DNA of 25,345 nt, from assembly GCA_034717255.1 (NCBI GenBank), contig JAYELE010000029.1, forward strand, positions 1-25,345. Direction: 5' to 3'. Source of the stretch: Patescibacteria group bacterium. Lineage in GTDB: Bacteria; Patescibacteriota; Minisyncoccia; Minisyncoccales; JAGMDC01. The position numbers were made by a program, and so were the translations under genes. Below the pieces are notes generated by a model. That model did no database searches. It saw only the letters and a program-made list of their open reading frames with translations, and was not told the origin of the DNA. Below, piece by piece: positions 1 through 8,891 of this stretch. Position 1 is the first letter of the stretch; the number at the start of each line of letters is the position of its first letter.

Positions 1-32
1 TTAATTCTTAATTCTTAATTCTTAATTCTTAA
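1..32. repeat. Heptamer tandem repeat (TTAATTC)x4 plus partial, directly upstream of the dnaE start; may extend beyond the window
   Basis: ttaattc ttaattc ttaattc ttaattc ttaa read directly at 1-32. Confidence 0.9.
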
Positions 33-34
33 CT

Positions 35-3000
35 ATGAAATTTACTCACTTGCATGTTCACACGCATTATTCGCTTTTAGACGGCTTGTCAAAAATAGAC
101 GAGCTTTTGGATTACGCGCAAAAATTAAATATGGATTCTATTGCCATCACAGACCACGGAGTATTATACGGAGCCGTAGAATTTTACAAAAAAGCAAAAG
201 CAAAAGGAATAAAACCAATAATTGGATGCGAAGTTTATTGCGCCATAGACAGAATGGAACAATGCAGACCGAATATTGACAATAAAAGATATCATTTAGT
301 TTTATTAGCAAAAAACGAACAAGGATATAAAAACTTGGTTCAATTAGTGACGCAATCGCATCTTAAAGGTTTTTATTACAAACCCCGCGTTGATGAAGCG
401 CTTTTAGAAAAATACAGCGAGGGTCTTGTCGCGTTAAGCGCTTGTATTGGCGGGAAAATACCAAAATTGATTTTATCAAACCAAATTGAGGAAGCCGAAA
501 AAACAGCTTTGAAATACGAAAAAATATACGGAAAAGGAAATTTTTATTTAGAAATTCAACATCATCCTAATTTGCAGGGACAAGACAAAGTTAATGAACA
601 GTTAATCGCGTTTTCAAAAAAATTGGATATCCCATTAGTAGCTACTAATGATTGTCATTATCTGCGAAAAACTGATGATGAAGCGCAAGATATTTTAATG
701 CTTATAAATACTGAAGCAAAAATAGACGACGCAAATAGAAGAACAATGAAAGGAGAAGATTATTCCGTGAAAAGCCAAGAACAAATGATACAGGATTTCG
801 CAAATGTTCCAGAAGCAATAGAAAACACGCAAAAAATTGTTGAAAAATGCGTTTTTGAATTTAAACTTGGAGAAACTAAACTTCCATATTTTGAAACTCC
901 TGATAATCAAAATTCTGATGATTACTTAAAAGAATTATGTGAGCAAGGATTGATAAAAAGATTTGATATTCAAAATTTGGATAATGAAAATCAAAAAAAA
1001 GAAATAATAGATAGATTAAAATACGAACTTTCAATTATTAAACAAACAGGATTTGCCGGCTATTTCTTAATTGTTCAAGATTTCGTGAATTGGGCAAAAA
1101 GCAAACGAATAGCGGTTGGTCCGGGCAGAGGAAGCGCGGCAGGGTCTTTGGTTTCTTATCTTCTCAATATCACGGACATAGACCCGATAAAATACAATTT
1201 GTTGTTTGAAAGATTTTTAAATCCCGAGCGAATTTCAATGCCTGATATAGACCTTGATTTTACTGATTGGAGAAGAGATGAAGTGATAAATTATATAAAA
1301 GAAAAATACGGGCATAACAAAGTCGCGCAAATTATCACTTTTGGAACAATGGCGGCAAGAGCTGTGATAAGAGATGTTGGACGGGCTTTGCGAGAAGATT
1401 ATTCTTTTTGCGACCAATTGGCAAAAATGATTCCGCTTGGATTTGATTTGAACAAAACATTGGAAAAAATAGATGAATTCAAACAAATTTATCAATCAGA
1501 CGAAAGAGCCACAAAAATAATTGATTTTGCCAAACAATTAGAAGGATGCGTTAGACACGCATCAACTCACGCTTGCGGATTAGTAATTTCCAAAGACCCT
1601 TTAACTGATATGGTTCCTTCCCAATATCCGTCTCAAAAAGACCAAAGAATAATAACACAATATGGAATGCGTTCAATTGATGACCTGGGATTATTAAAAA
1701 TGGATTTATTGGGATTAAAAAATCTCACGATTATTGAAGACACGCTTGCGAGAATTTATAAAATCCATAATAAAAACATAATTATAGAAGATATCCCTTT
1801 AGACGACGCAAAAGTATATGAAATTTTGCGAAAAGCAGAAACCACAAGCGTATTCCAGTTGGAATCAGACGGAATGAAAAGATATTTAAAAAAACTTAAA
1901 CCAAGCGAATTTGAGGATATCATCGCTATGGTGTCTTTATACAGACCCGGACCTATGGCGTTTATTCCAGATTATATTAAGGGCAAAGAAAATCCAGCCA
2001 CAATAAAATATCTTCATCCAAAATTAAAACCAATACTGGAAAACACTTACGGAATAATGGTATATCAAGAACAACTAATGAAAATAGCGCGAGACATAGC
2101 CGGGTTTAGTTTGGGAGAAGCTGATATTTTAAGAAAAGCGGTCGGAAAAAAAATAAAAACATTGCTATTAGAGCAAAAAGAAAAATTTATTCAAGGAGCT
2201 TTAGATAATAAAATTGAAAAATCAATTTCCGAAAAAATTTGGGAATGGGTTTTGCCATTCGCGAGTTATGGATTTAACAGAAGTCACGGAGCTTCTTACG
2301 CGCTGATTGCTTACAGAACAGCTTATCTTAAAGCGCATTTTCCAATAGAATTTATGTCTGCCGTGCTCACTTCTGAAAAACAGGATATAGAAAAAATCGC
2401 ATTTTTAATTGAAGAATGTAAAAGAATGGAAATTGAAGTTTTGGGTCCAAACATCAATGAAAGTTTTAAAAATTTCAGTGTTATCCCTAATCAAAATAAA
2501 ATAAGGTTTGGTTTGCTTACCATTAAAAATGTTGGTCAGAACATAGTGGAAGCTATTGTTGAAGAAAGAACTAAAAATGGAAATTTTATTTCCATAACCG
2601 ATTTTATTGAAAGAATTGCGTCAAAAGATCTTAATAAAAGGTCAATGGAAAGTTTGATAAAAACAGGAGCTTTTGACATATTTAAAGAGAGAAACGCGCT
2701 TTTGCAAAATCTTGAAATTCTGTTAGAATTTAATAAAGAAATTCAAAAAAATAAAGCAAGTAATCAAAAAAGTTTATTTGACGCGCTTCCGGAGAACAGT
2801 CAAAAAAACAATATTGAAATTCGCTTGTCCCCTGCTGAGGAAATTTCTAAAAAAGAAAAATTAAATTGGGAAAAAGAACTTTTGGGATTATACATCAGCA
2901 GTCATCCATTAGACGATTATAAAAGCGTTTTTGAAAAAAATTATTTGCCTATATACAAAATTTCTGAAGATATTAAAGGAAAAATAGTAAAAATAGGAGG

Positions 3001-3226
3001 TATTATTTCTTTAATTAAAAAAATCACCACAAAAACAGGCAAACAAATGCTTTTTGTAAAATTAGAAGACCTCACGGGCAAGATTGAATTAGTTGTTTTC
3101 CCAACAGTTCTGCAACGAAATCCAAATATATTCCAAGAAAACAAAATTGTGGCAGTAACTGGAAAAGTTGATAACCGCGACAGCGTTCCTAAAATTCTAT
3201 GCGAATACATTGAGGAAATAGTATAG
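35..3226 (+). CDS. dnaE: DNA polymerase III alpha subunit
   Basis: 1063 aa; PHP motifs HLHVHT..D, AITDHG, GCE, ATNDCHY; GPGRGSAAGS; catalytic PDIDLDF; LLKMDLLGL; C-terminal OB fold; internal clamp-binding-like QKSLF (nt 2765-2779). Confidence 0.98.
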   Translation: MKFTHLHVHTHYSLLDGLSKIDELLDYAQKLNMDSIAITDHGVLYGAVEFYKKAKAKGIKPIIGCEVYCAIDRMEQCRPNIDNKRYHLVLLAKNEQGYKNLVQLVTQSHLKGFYYKPRVDEALLEKYSEGLVALSACIGGKIPKLILSNQIEEAEKTALKYEKIYGKGNFYLEIQHHPNLQGQDKVNEQLIAFSKKLDIPLVATNDCHYLRKTDDEAQDILMLINTEAKIDDANRRTMKGEDYSVKSQEQMIQDFANVPEAIENTQKIVEKCVFEFKLGETKLPYFETPDNQNSDDYLKELCEQGLIKRFDIQNLDNENQKKEIIDRLKYELSIIKQTGFAGYFLIVQDFVNWAKSKRIAVGPGRGSAAGSLVSYLLNITDIDPIKYNLLFERFLNPERISMPDIDLDFTDWRRDEVINYIKEKYGHNKVAQIITFGTMAARAVIRDVGRALREDYSFCDQLAKMIPLGFDLNKTLEKIDEFKQIYQSDERATKIIDFAKQLEGCVRHASTHACGLVISKDPLTDMVPSQYPSQKDQRIITQYGMRSIDDLGLLKMDLLGLKNLTIIEDTLARIYKIHNKNIIIEDIPLDDAKVYEILRKAETTSVFQLESDGMKRYLKKLKPSEFEDIIAMVSLYRPGPMAFIPDYIKGKENPATIKYLHPKLKPILENTYGIMVYQEQLMKIARDIAGFSLGEADILRKAVGKKIKTLLLEQKEKFIQGALDNKIEKSISEKIWEWVLPFASYGFNRSHGASYALIAYRTAYLKAHFPIEFMSAVLTSEKQDIEKIAFLIEECKRMEIEVLGPNINESFKNFSVIPNQNKIRFGLLTIKNVGQNIVEAIVEERTKNGNFISITDFIERIASKDLNKRSMESLIKTGAFDIFKERNALLQNLEILLEFNKEIQKNKASNQKSLFDALPENSQKNNIEIRLSPAEEISKKEKLNWEKELLGLYISSHPLDDYKSVFEKNYLPIYKISEDIKGKIVKIGGIISLIKKITTKTGKQMLFVKLEDLTGKIELVVFPTVLQRNPNIFQENKIVAVTGKVDNRDSVPKILCEYIEEIV

Positions 3227-3250
3227 ACATCAATGCGTTATAATATTATA

Positions 3251-3277
3251 TTGTTGTAATAAAATATAATACAACAA
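3251..3277. repeat. 8-bp inverted repeat in the dnaE-thrS spacer
   Basis: TTGTTGTA (3251-3258) / TACAACAA (3270-3277), 11-nt loop; function unclear. Confidence 0.5.
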
Positions 3278-3283
3278 GAGGGG

Positions 3284-3316
3284 GGGGTGTTTTTTAATTT
3301 TATTATGTATTATAAT
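3284..3316 (+). promoter_or_regulatory. Putative thrS promoter: 18-bp GGGGTGTTTTTTAATTTT motif plus TATAAT
   Basis: Motif 3284-3301 is identical to 5606-5623; TATAAT at 3311-3316, 11 nt before the ATG. Confidence 0.55.
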
Positions 3317-3327
3317 ATCTTTGAATT

Positions 3328-5082
3328 ATGTTAACAAAAATTGAAACAATTAGACATTCATTAGCGCATATTTTGGCTCGCGCTATCAAAGAATTCTATC
3401 CCGAGGTTAAATTTGGCATTGGTCCTGATATTGAAAATGGATTTTATTATGATTTTAGTTTTGCTAAAAACCAAAATTTATCATTACAAGATTTGCCAAA
3501 AATTGAAAAAAAAATGAAACAACTTGTAAAGCAAAATATAAAATTCATTAAAAAACAAGTTTCAACAAATGAAGCGAAAAAAATATTTAAAAATCAACCG
3601 TATAAATTAGAACTGATAAAAGACATAATAATAAAAAACAAAAATAAAAAAATTTATATTTATGAATTTGCTGATTTTATTGACCTTTGCGCGGGTCCTC
3701 ATATAAAATCTACAAAAGACATAAATATAAACGCTTTTAAGTTAAACAGAATTGCAGGAGCTTATTGGAAGGGAGACAAAAAAAATCCAATGCTAACCAG
3801 AATTTACGGAATTGCTTTTGAGGATGAAAAAAAATTAAAAGATTATATTATTCAACAAGAAGAGGCAAAAAAAAGAGACCATCGTATTTTGGGCAAAAAA
3901 TTGGATTTATTTTGTTTTTCCGAGCTTGTGGGCGCGGGATTGCCACTTTACACGCCAAAAGGAACAATCTTAAAAGATATTCTCCAAGACGAACTTTGGC
4001 AAATTTCGCGAAAATTTAATGTTCAAAAAGTTTCCACCCCTCATTTTGCTAAAATCAAACTTTATGAAATATCTGGACATAAAGATAAATTTGGAGACGA
4101 ACTTTTCCATATAAAAGACCATTACAATCAAAATTTTGCGGTAAAACCTGTTCAATGCCCTCATCATAATCAAATTTACGCGTCTCGTTTGCGAAGTTAT
4201 CGCGATTTGCCAATTCGTTATATGGAATCCGGTATGCAATACAGAGACGAAAAACCCGGAGAAATTGGCGGGCTCACCCGCACTCGCGGATTTACAGTTG
4301 AAGACGGACATACTTATTGCGAAATGAACCAAGTTGAAAAAGAAGTAAAAATCCTTGTGAATATCATTAAAAAATTTTATAAAGGATTTGGATTATGGGG
4401 AAACCATTGGGTTTCGCTTTCTGTTCGCGATTACAGTCATCCTGAAAAATACATTGGAGAACCAAAAGATTGGAATAAAGCTGAAAAAATATTACAAAAA
4501 ATTTGTAATGACCTTAAGCTTGACGCAAAAAAAATTGAAGGAGAAGCAGCATTATACGGACCTAAAATAGATTTTATGTTTAAAGACGCGCTTGGAAATG
4601 AACGACAATTAGCCACTGTCCAACTTGATTTTGCGAGCCCAAAACGATTTAATCTTGTCTACACAAATAAAAAAGGCAAAAATGATTTTGTAATAATGAT
4701 ACATCGCGCCATTTTGGGATCTTATGAACGATTTTTAGCGCTTTTAATAGAACATTATGCTGGAGCTTTTCCTTTATGGCTGTCCCCTGTTCAAATATCT
4801 GTAATACCAATTAGCGAAAAAAATAATAAATATGCTAATGAAATTTTTAAACAACTTAATGAAAATGATTTTCGTTGCGAATTAAAAAAAGAAAATGAAA
4901 CACTCGGCAAAAAAATCAGGCAAGCTCAAATAGAAAAAACTCCTTATATTTTAATTGTCGGAGACAAGGAGCAAAAATCAAAAACAATCAGCGTCCGCGA
5001 GCGAAGCAAAGGAGATATTGGAACAATGAAATTAAATAAATTCATTGAGCAAATACAAAAGCAAATCAATGACAGAATTTAG
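3328..5082 (+). CDS. thrS: Threonine--tRNA ligase, short form without N-terminal TGS domain
   Basis: 584 aa; editing-domain HSLAH and DLCAGPH, RIAGAYWKG, RDHRILG, KPVQCPHH (Zn Cys), AALYGPKIDF, HRAILGSYERF, anticodon-binding C-terminus. Confidence 0.97.
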   Translation: MLTKIETIRHSLAHILARAIKEFYPEVKFGIGPDIENGFYYDFSFAKNQNLSLQDLPKIEKKMKQLVKQNIKFIKKQVSTNEAKKIFKNQPYKLELIKDIIIKNKNKKIYIYEFADFIDLCAGPHIKSTKDININAFKLNRIAGAYWKGDKKNPMLTRIYGIAFEDEKKLKDYIIQQEEAKKRDHRILGKKLDLFCFSELVGAGLPLYTPKGTILKDILQDELWQISRKFNVQKVSTPHFAKIKLYEISGHKDKFGDELFHIKDHYNQNFAVKPVQCPHHNQIYASRLRSYRDLPIRYMESGMQYRDEKPGEIGGLTRTRGFTVEDGHTYCEMNQVEKEVKILVNIIKKFYKGFGLWGNHWVSLSVRDYSHPEKYIGEPKDWNKAEKILQKICNDLKLDAKKIEGEAALYGPKIDFMFKDALGNERQLATVQLDFASPKRFNLVYTNKKGKNDFVIMIHRAILGSYERFLALLIEHYAGAFPLWLSPVQISVIPISEKNNKYANEIFKQLNENDFRCELKKENETLGKKIRQAQIEKTPYILIVGDKEQKSKTISVRERSKGDIGTMKLNKFIEQIQKQINDRI

Positions 5083-5084
5083 GT

Positions 5085-5115
5085 AAAAAAAAGAGGATGA
5101 AAGGGTGTTCATCCT
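5085..5115 (-). terminator. Intrinsic terminator overlapping the stop codon of the 5109-5438 orphan
   Basis: Minus strand AGGAUGAA-cacccu-UUCAUCCU followed by C and U8 (plus-strand A8 at 5085-5092). Confidence 0.8.
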
Positions 5116-5438
5116 ACAAAATTTAGATCCTTAACTTCGCATTGCGAAATCTGAAGGATCTCGTAAAAATCCGAATCAGGGATTAACGGTTTATATGTAT
5201 CACCGTCAAATACCCCTATCCCGACTGATGTTATGTTTACAAGTTGGCCAGTAGCAAATTCGATGAATACCTCGTCGTTATCACCTATTTTGGCCTTCAA
5301 GCTCTCCACGAAAACCTCCGCTTTCGCTTTGAGTTTGTTCTCTTCATTCTCCTTTTCCTGGATCTCTATCAACTTTCTTTCAAGAGATTCCAGCGCAGGA
5401 AAATTTTCCTCCTTTGCTATTATTGTTTTTTCTTCCAT
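5109..5438 (-). CDS. Orphan hypothetical protein, 109 aa (N-terminal charged helix, C-terminal beta-rich part)
   Basis: Start re-assigned from GTG 5483 to ATG 5438 because GGAGG (5450-5446) lies 7 nt upstream, with a second GGAGG at 5455-5451; has its own promoter and terminator. Confidence 0.8.
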   Translation of the reverse strand: MEEKTIIAKEENFPALESLERKLIEIQEKENEENKLKAKAEVFVESLKAKIGDNDEVFIEFATGQLVNITSVGIGVFDGDTYKPLIPDSDFYEILQISQCEVKDLNFVG

Positions 5439-5486
5439 AGTATATCCTCCCCTCCGCAATTTGCGCTTTTGATAATATAGCACTAT

Positions 5487-5540
5487 TAGCGAAGAGAAAA
5501 TTAATTAGAAAATAATTTCCAATCAATTTTCTCTCCGCTA
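5487..5540 (-). other. 25-bp RNA hairpin in the 5' leader of the 5109-5438 orphan
   Basis: Arms 5487-5511 and 5516-5540, 4-nt loop; the three DNA mismatches are all G-U pairs on the minus strand. Confidence 0.8.
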
Positions 5541-5550
5541 TATTTTTTAA

Positions 5551-5605
5551 TTGTTAAAGAACTATTAAATCAACTAAAATATAGCATATTCAAGATATTA
5601 GTCAA
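5551..5605 (-). promoter_or_regulatory. Sigma70-type promoter plus boxA-like element (orphan unit 1)
   Basis: TTGACT (5605-5600)-N16 ending TGc-TATATT (5583-5578); 14 nt later AGTTCTTTAACAA (5563-5551). Confidence 0.7.
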
Positions 5606-5637
5606 GGGGTGTTTTTTAATTTTGTATAAGATATAAT
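5606..5637 (+). promoter_or_regulatory. Putative promoter of the 5646 gene: second copy of the 18-bp motif plus TATAAT
   Basis: GGGGTGTTTTTTAATTTT at 5606-5623; TATAAT at 5632-5637, 8 nt before the ATG. Confidence 0.55.
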
Positions 5638-5645
5638 AAATTATT

Positions 5646-7268
5646 ATGCTTTCTCAAGAAACTCAAAATTTAATAGAAAAATACCAATTATCATATAAAT
5701 CATCTCAAATAAAATCTGATGTCCCATTTATCTCGGTTGATGAGGTCGCTTCAAAAGTGGCTGGTTTTTATGAAAAAATAAAAGGAGTAGTTGATTGGAG
5801 AGAAGAACATCTTTTAAGAAAAAGAGCTATAGAAAGAATACTTAAAAGAAAAATGATTTTACAAGAAAAAAACGAAACAATAGCTGAACCATTAGTTTAT
5901 GAACTTATTCGCGGAGGACATTTTTCAAATAACTCTATTCCAGAAACAAAAATTCAAGATATACAAAAAATTCTAAATAAATACTTTTTTATACTGGACA
6001 ACTCTCCTGAAAATATTAAAATAACAAAAAACAAACAGAAAAATAATGGAAAATCTAAAATCCAGGATTGGCTTTTAAACATAGCAAGTTATGAAATAGA
6101 AAAAACATTATCTTCCACTGAAAAACAAGAAGCGTTAACAGAATATATGACTGATTTAATGGAACAAAGAATAAAAATCAGCCAAGGAGCCATAGCTTTT
6201 GACGGAATGACAGAACAAGAAAAAAATATTCAAATATATATTGCCGCGCTCCGCGCTCTGTTAAAATTTGACGAACCAACAATTATTTATTATCTTATAT
6301 TAAAACAATATCCAGAATGGAATAATTTATCTACTGATTCTCCCCTATTATTAGAAATCGCTAAAAAACTTTTTATTATTCAGGAAACTATAATAAAACA
6401 ATTAAAACATCCTTTATCTGAAAATTTTTTTCATATTTGCAAACAATATAACACTTCATATTTGATATTAGACGACATCATTACACAAGACGCGATAAAA
6501 GCAAAAGAAAATTTGGAAAACCCGGAAACATTGGAAAATTTAATAAAAAAATCTTATAGCGTTAAACTAATAAAATTAAAATCAAAAATAAAAAGAGCCG
6601 CATTATACAGCACTATTTCCATTTTTTTGACAAAAATCGGAATTGCTCTTGCAATAGAAGTCCCTGTTGAAAAATATCTCACAGGAGATTTTAATGTCGC
6701 GACTTTATGGATAAATATATTGCTTCCGCCATTTTTAATGCTTTTATTGGTTATCAGCATTAAACCGCCAAAAAAAGAAAATCTTGACAGCGTGATAATG
6801 GAAATTATGAAAATAGTTTATCAAAAACAAAGAAAAAATGTCTACGAAATAAAAGCGCGCAGAAAAAAAACAGGAGTTTTAAATACTATAATTTCTATTA
6901 TTTATTGTCTAACATTTATTGTCTCATTTGTCATAATTTACAAAATTCTTCAATATCTAAATTTCAGCGCTCCTTCTATGGCAATATTTATCTTTTATTT
7001 TTCAATAATTAGCTTTCTGGGAGTAAAAATAAGAGAAAGTAGCAAAGAATTGACTATAAAAAAAGAAAAAGAAACAATAATATTTTTTATACTTGATTTT
7101 TTTACTCTTCCTGTCCTGCAAATGGGAAGATGGTTTTCTAAAGAATTAACAAAATTTAATATAGGGCTTTTCATAACGATTTTAATAGATATGCCATTTT
7201 CCTTTTTTTTAGAATTTTTAGAACAATGGCGATATTTTTTAAAAGAAAAAAAACAAAAAATTCATTAA
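5646..7268 (+). CDS. Hypothetical membrane protein (large soluble N-terminus, about 4-5 C-terminal TM segments)
   Basis: 540-aa ORF with host-like composition; hydrophobic stretches AALYSTISIFLTKIGIALAI, LWINILLPPFLMLLLVISI, IISIIYCLTFIVSFVIIY, MAIFIFYFSIISFLGV; no recognisable catalytic motif. Confidence 0.85.
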   Translation: MLSQETQNLIEKYQLSYKSSQIKSDVPFISVDEVASKVAGFYEKIKGVVDWREEHLLRKRAIERILKRKMILQEKNETIAEPLVYELIRGGHFSNNSIPETKIQDIQKILNKYFFILDNSPENIKITKNKQKNNGKSKIQDWLLNIASYEIEKTLSSTEKQEALTEYMTDLMEQRIKISQGAIAFDGMTEQEKNIQIYIAALRALLKFDEPTIIYYLILKQYPEWNNLSTDSPLLLEIAKKLFIIQETIIKQLKHPLSENFFHICKQYNTSYLILDDIITQDAIKAKENLENPETLENLIKKSYSVKLIKLKSKIKRAALYSTISIFLTKIGIALAIEVPVEKYLTGDFNVATLWINILLPPFLMLLLVISIKPPKKENLDSVIMEIMKIVYQKQRKNVYEIKARRKKTGVLNTIISIIYCLTFIVSFVIIYKILQYLNFSAPSMAIFIFYFSIISFLGVKIRESSKELTIKKEKETIIFFILDFFTLPVLQMGRWFSKELTKFNIGLFITILIDMPFSFFLEFLEQWRYFLKEKKQKIH

Positions 7269-7294
7269 ATTTATAAATATATAAAACATCTTTG

Positions 7295-7303
7295 TTATTC
7301 ACA
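7295..7303 (+). promoter_or_regulatory. DnaA-box consensus match upstream of miaB
   Basis: TTATTCACA fits TTWTNCACA; single copy. Confidence 0.3.
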
Positions 7304-7360
7304 ATTTTCATCTTAAAATCTTTGATTTTTTATCAGAAAAATTATTAAGCAACAGGTCTA

Positions 7361-8731
7361 ATGAAATATTTTATTATAACTTTTGGTTGTCAAATGAATA
7401 AAACCGACTCGGAACGAATTGCCGGATATTTAGAAAAAAATAATTATAATTCTGCCTCAACAATAAATGAGGCAGATTTAATTATTGTTAATATGTGCTC
7501 TGTAAGACAAAGCGCTGTTGATAGAGTATATGGACAAATAAAAAATTTCAAAAAATTAAAACAAAAAAATCCTAAATTAAAAATCATTTTAACAGGATGT
7601 ATTCTAAAACAAGATTTTGAAAAATTAAAACAAAAATATCTTTCAAAAAAAAATCAGGGCTATGATTATATTCTGCCTATCAACTCTTTGCCACGCTGGA
7701 AAAACATTCTTAAACAAAAAAATATGTTTTCGCCAAAAAATTTAATTTACGCAAATTTTCAAAAAATCAATGAAAAATGCAAATTAAACGCAAATTATTT
7801 AAAAATTGCGCCAAAATATAAAACTAAATTTTCCGCTTATGTTCCTATTATCACAGGATGTAATAATTTTTGTTCATATTGCGTAGTCCCTTATACAAGA
7901 AGAAAAGAAATTTCAAGACCCGCAAACGACATTATAAATGAAATAAAAAAACTGATAAAAAATAATTATAAACATATCTGGCTAATAGGAGAAAATGTAA
8001 ATTCTTATTCATATACTGAAAAAAATACAAACAAAAAAATTAATTTTTCAAAATTATTATATATGACAAACCAAATTAAGGGCGATTTTTGGATTAGTTT
8101 TAGTTCTTCGCATCCTAAAGATTTTTCTGACGAATTGATAAAAACAATCGCTGAATGCGACAAAGTCGCAAAATACATAAGTTTGCCTGTCCAATCAGGA
8201 GATGATAAAATTTTAAAAAAAATGAACAGACCTTACACAATAAAACAATATAAAAATATAATTAAAAAAATTCGTGAAAAAATTCCAAGCGTTGTTTTGT
8301 CAACTGACGCCATAATCGGCTTTCCCAAAGAAACAAAAAAACAATTTGAAAATACTATAAAACTTTTCAAAGAGATCAAACCAGATATGGCTTATGTGGC
8401 GCGCTATTCTCCAAGACAAGGAACTCCGGCTTTTAATATGAAAGATAGTGTTTCTCTAAAAGAAAAACAATTAAGAGACAAAAAATTAACTGAAACATTA
8501 AAAAAAATCGCTATCGCGAAAAATAAAAAATATATAGGAAAAATCGCGCGCGTTCTTCCTGAATATGAAAGAAAAGGATATATTATTGGCAAAACAAAAG
8601 AATATAAAACAATTAAATTCAAAATCGCAAATTTCAATCCTCAAAGCGTAATCGGAAAATTCGTAAATGTAAAAATAACAAACGCTATTCCTTGGGGATT
8701 AAAAGGCGAATTAACAAATAACAAATTATAA
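7361..8731 (+). CDS. miaB: tRNA-2-methylthio-N6-dimethylallyladenosine synthase (radical SAM methylthiotransferase)
   Basis: TFGCQMNKTDSE, NMCSVRQSA, radical-SAM CNNFCSYC, LPVQSGDD, DAIIGFP, YSPRQGTPA, C-terminal TRAM-like domain. Confidence 0.93.
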   Translation: MKYFIITFGCQMNKTDSERIAGYLEKNNYNSASTINEADLIIVNMCSVRQSAVDRVYGQIKNFKKLKQKNPKLKIILTGCILKQDFEKLKQKYLSKKNQGYDYILPINSLPRWKNILKQKNMFSPKNLIYANFQKINEKCKLNANYLKIAPKYKTKFSAYVPIITGCNNFCSYCVVPYTRRKEISRPANDIINEIKKLIKNNYKHIWLIGENVNSYSYTEKNTNKKINFSKLLYMTNQIKGDFWISFSSSHPKDFSDELIKTIAECDKVAKYISLPVQSGDDKILKKMNRPYTIKQYKNIIKKIREKIPSVVLSTDAIIGFPKETKKQFENTIKLFKEIKPDMAYVARYSPRQGTPAFNMKDSVSLKEKQLRDKKLTETLKKIAIAKNKKYIGKIARVLPEYERKGYIIGKTKEYKTIKFKIANFNPQSVIGKFVNVKITNAIPWGLKGELTNNKL

Positions 8732-8733
8732 AT

Positions 8734-8759
8734 AAAAAAAGCAGGGGAAAACCTCCTGC
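8734..8759 (-). terminator. Hairpin right after the miaB stop, with U-tract on the minus strand
   Basis: Minus strand GCAGGAGG-UUUU-CCCCUGC then U7 (plus-strand A7 at 8734-8740). Confidence 0.65.
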
Positions 8760-8867
8760 AAATTATTCTGCTTTATTTATCTCAGTTTATTTTATTTATT
8801 TATTTCATGCGAGAATGTATGTGTTTGACCCATACATCATATTTGAGATCATCAATTGAATTAAAAT

Positions 8868-8891
8868 AAAAAAATAGGACATTTCTGTCCT
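8868..8891 (-). terminator. Intrinsic terminator abutting the stop of the 8891-9199 orphan
   Basis: Minus strand AGGACA-GAAA-UGUCCU-A-U7 with a GNRA tetraloop; the 5' arm starts at the last base of the TAA. Confidence 0.8.

Noticed and set aside
3227-3327. T-box or other attenuator upstream of thrS; G8 tract (3280-3287) as a phase-variation switch; weak antisense promoter TTGTAT-N18-TATAAT
   Set aside because: The spacer is only 101 bp with no T-box consensus; the G tract lies outside the predicted -35/-10 spacer of an essential gene; the antisense match is expected by chance in AT-rich DNA
5233-5480. Plus-strand ORFs of 78-79 aa and the GTG start at 5483 for the minus ORF
   Set aside because: The plus ORFs shadow the minus orphan, which has promoter, SD and terminator; the SD position supports ATG 5438
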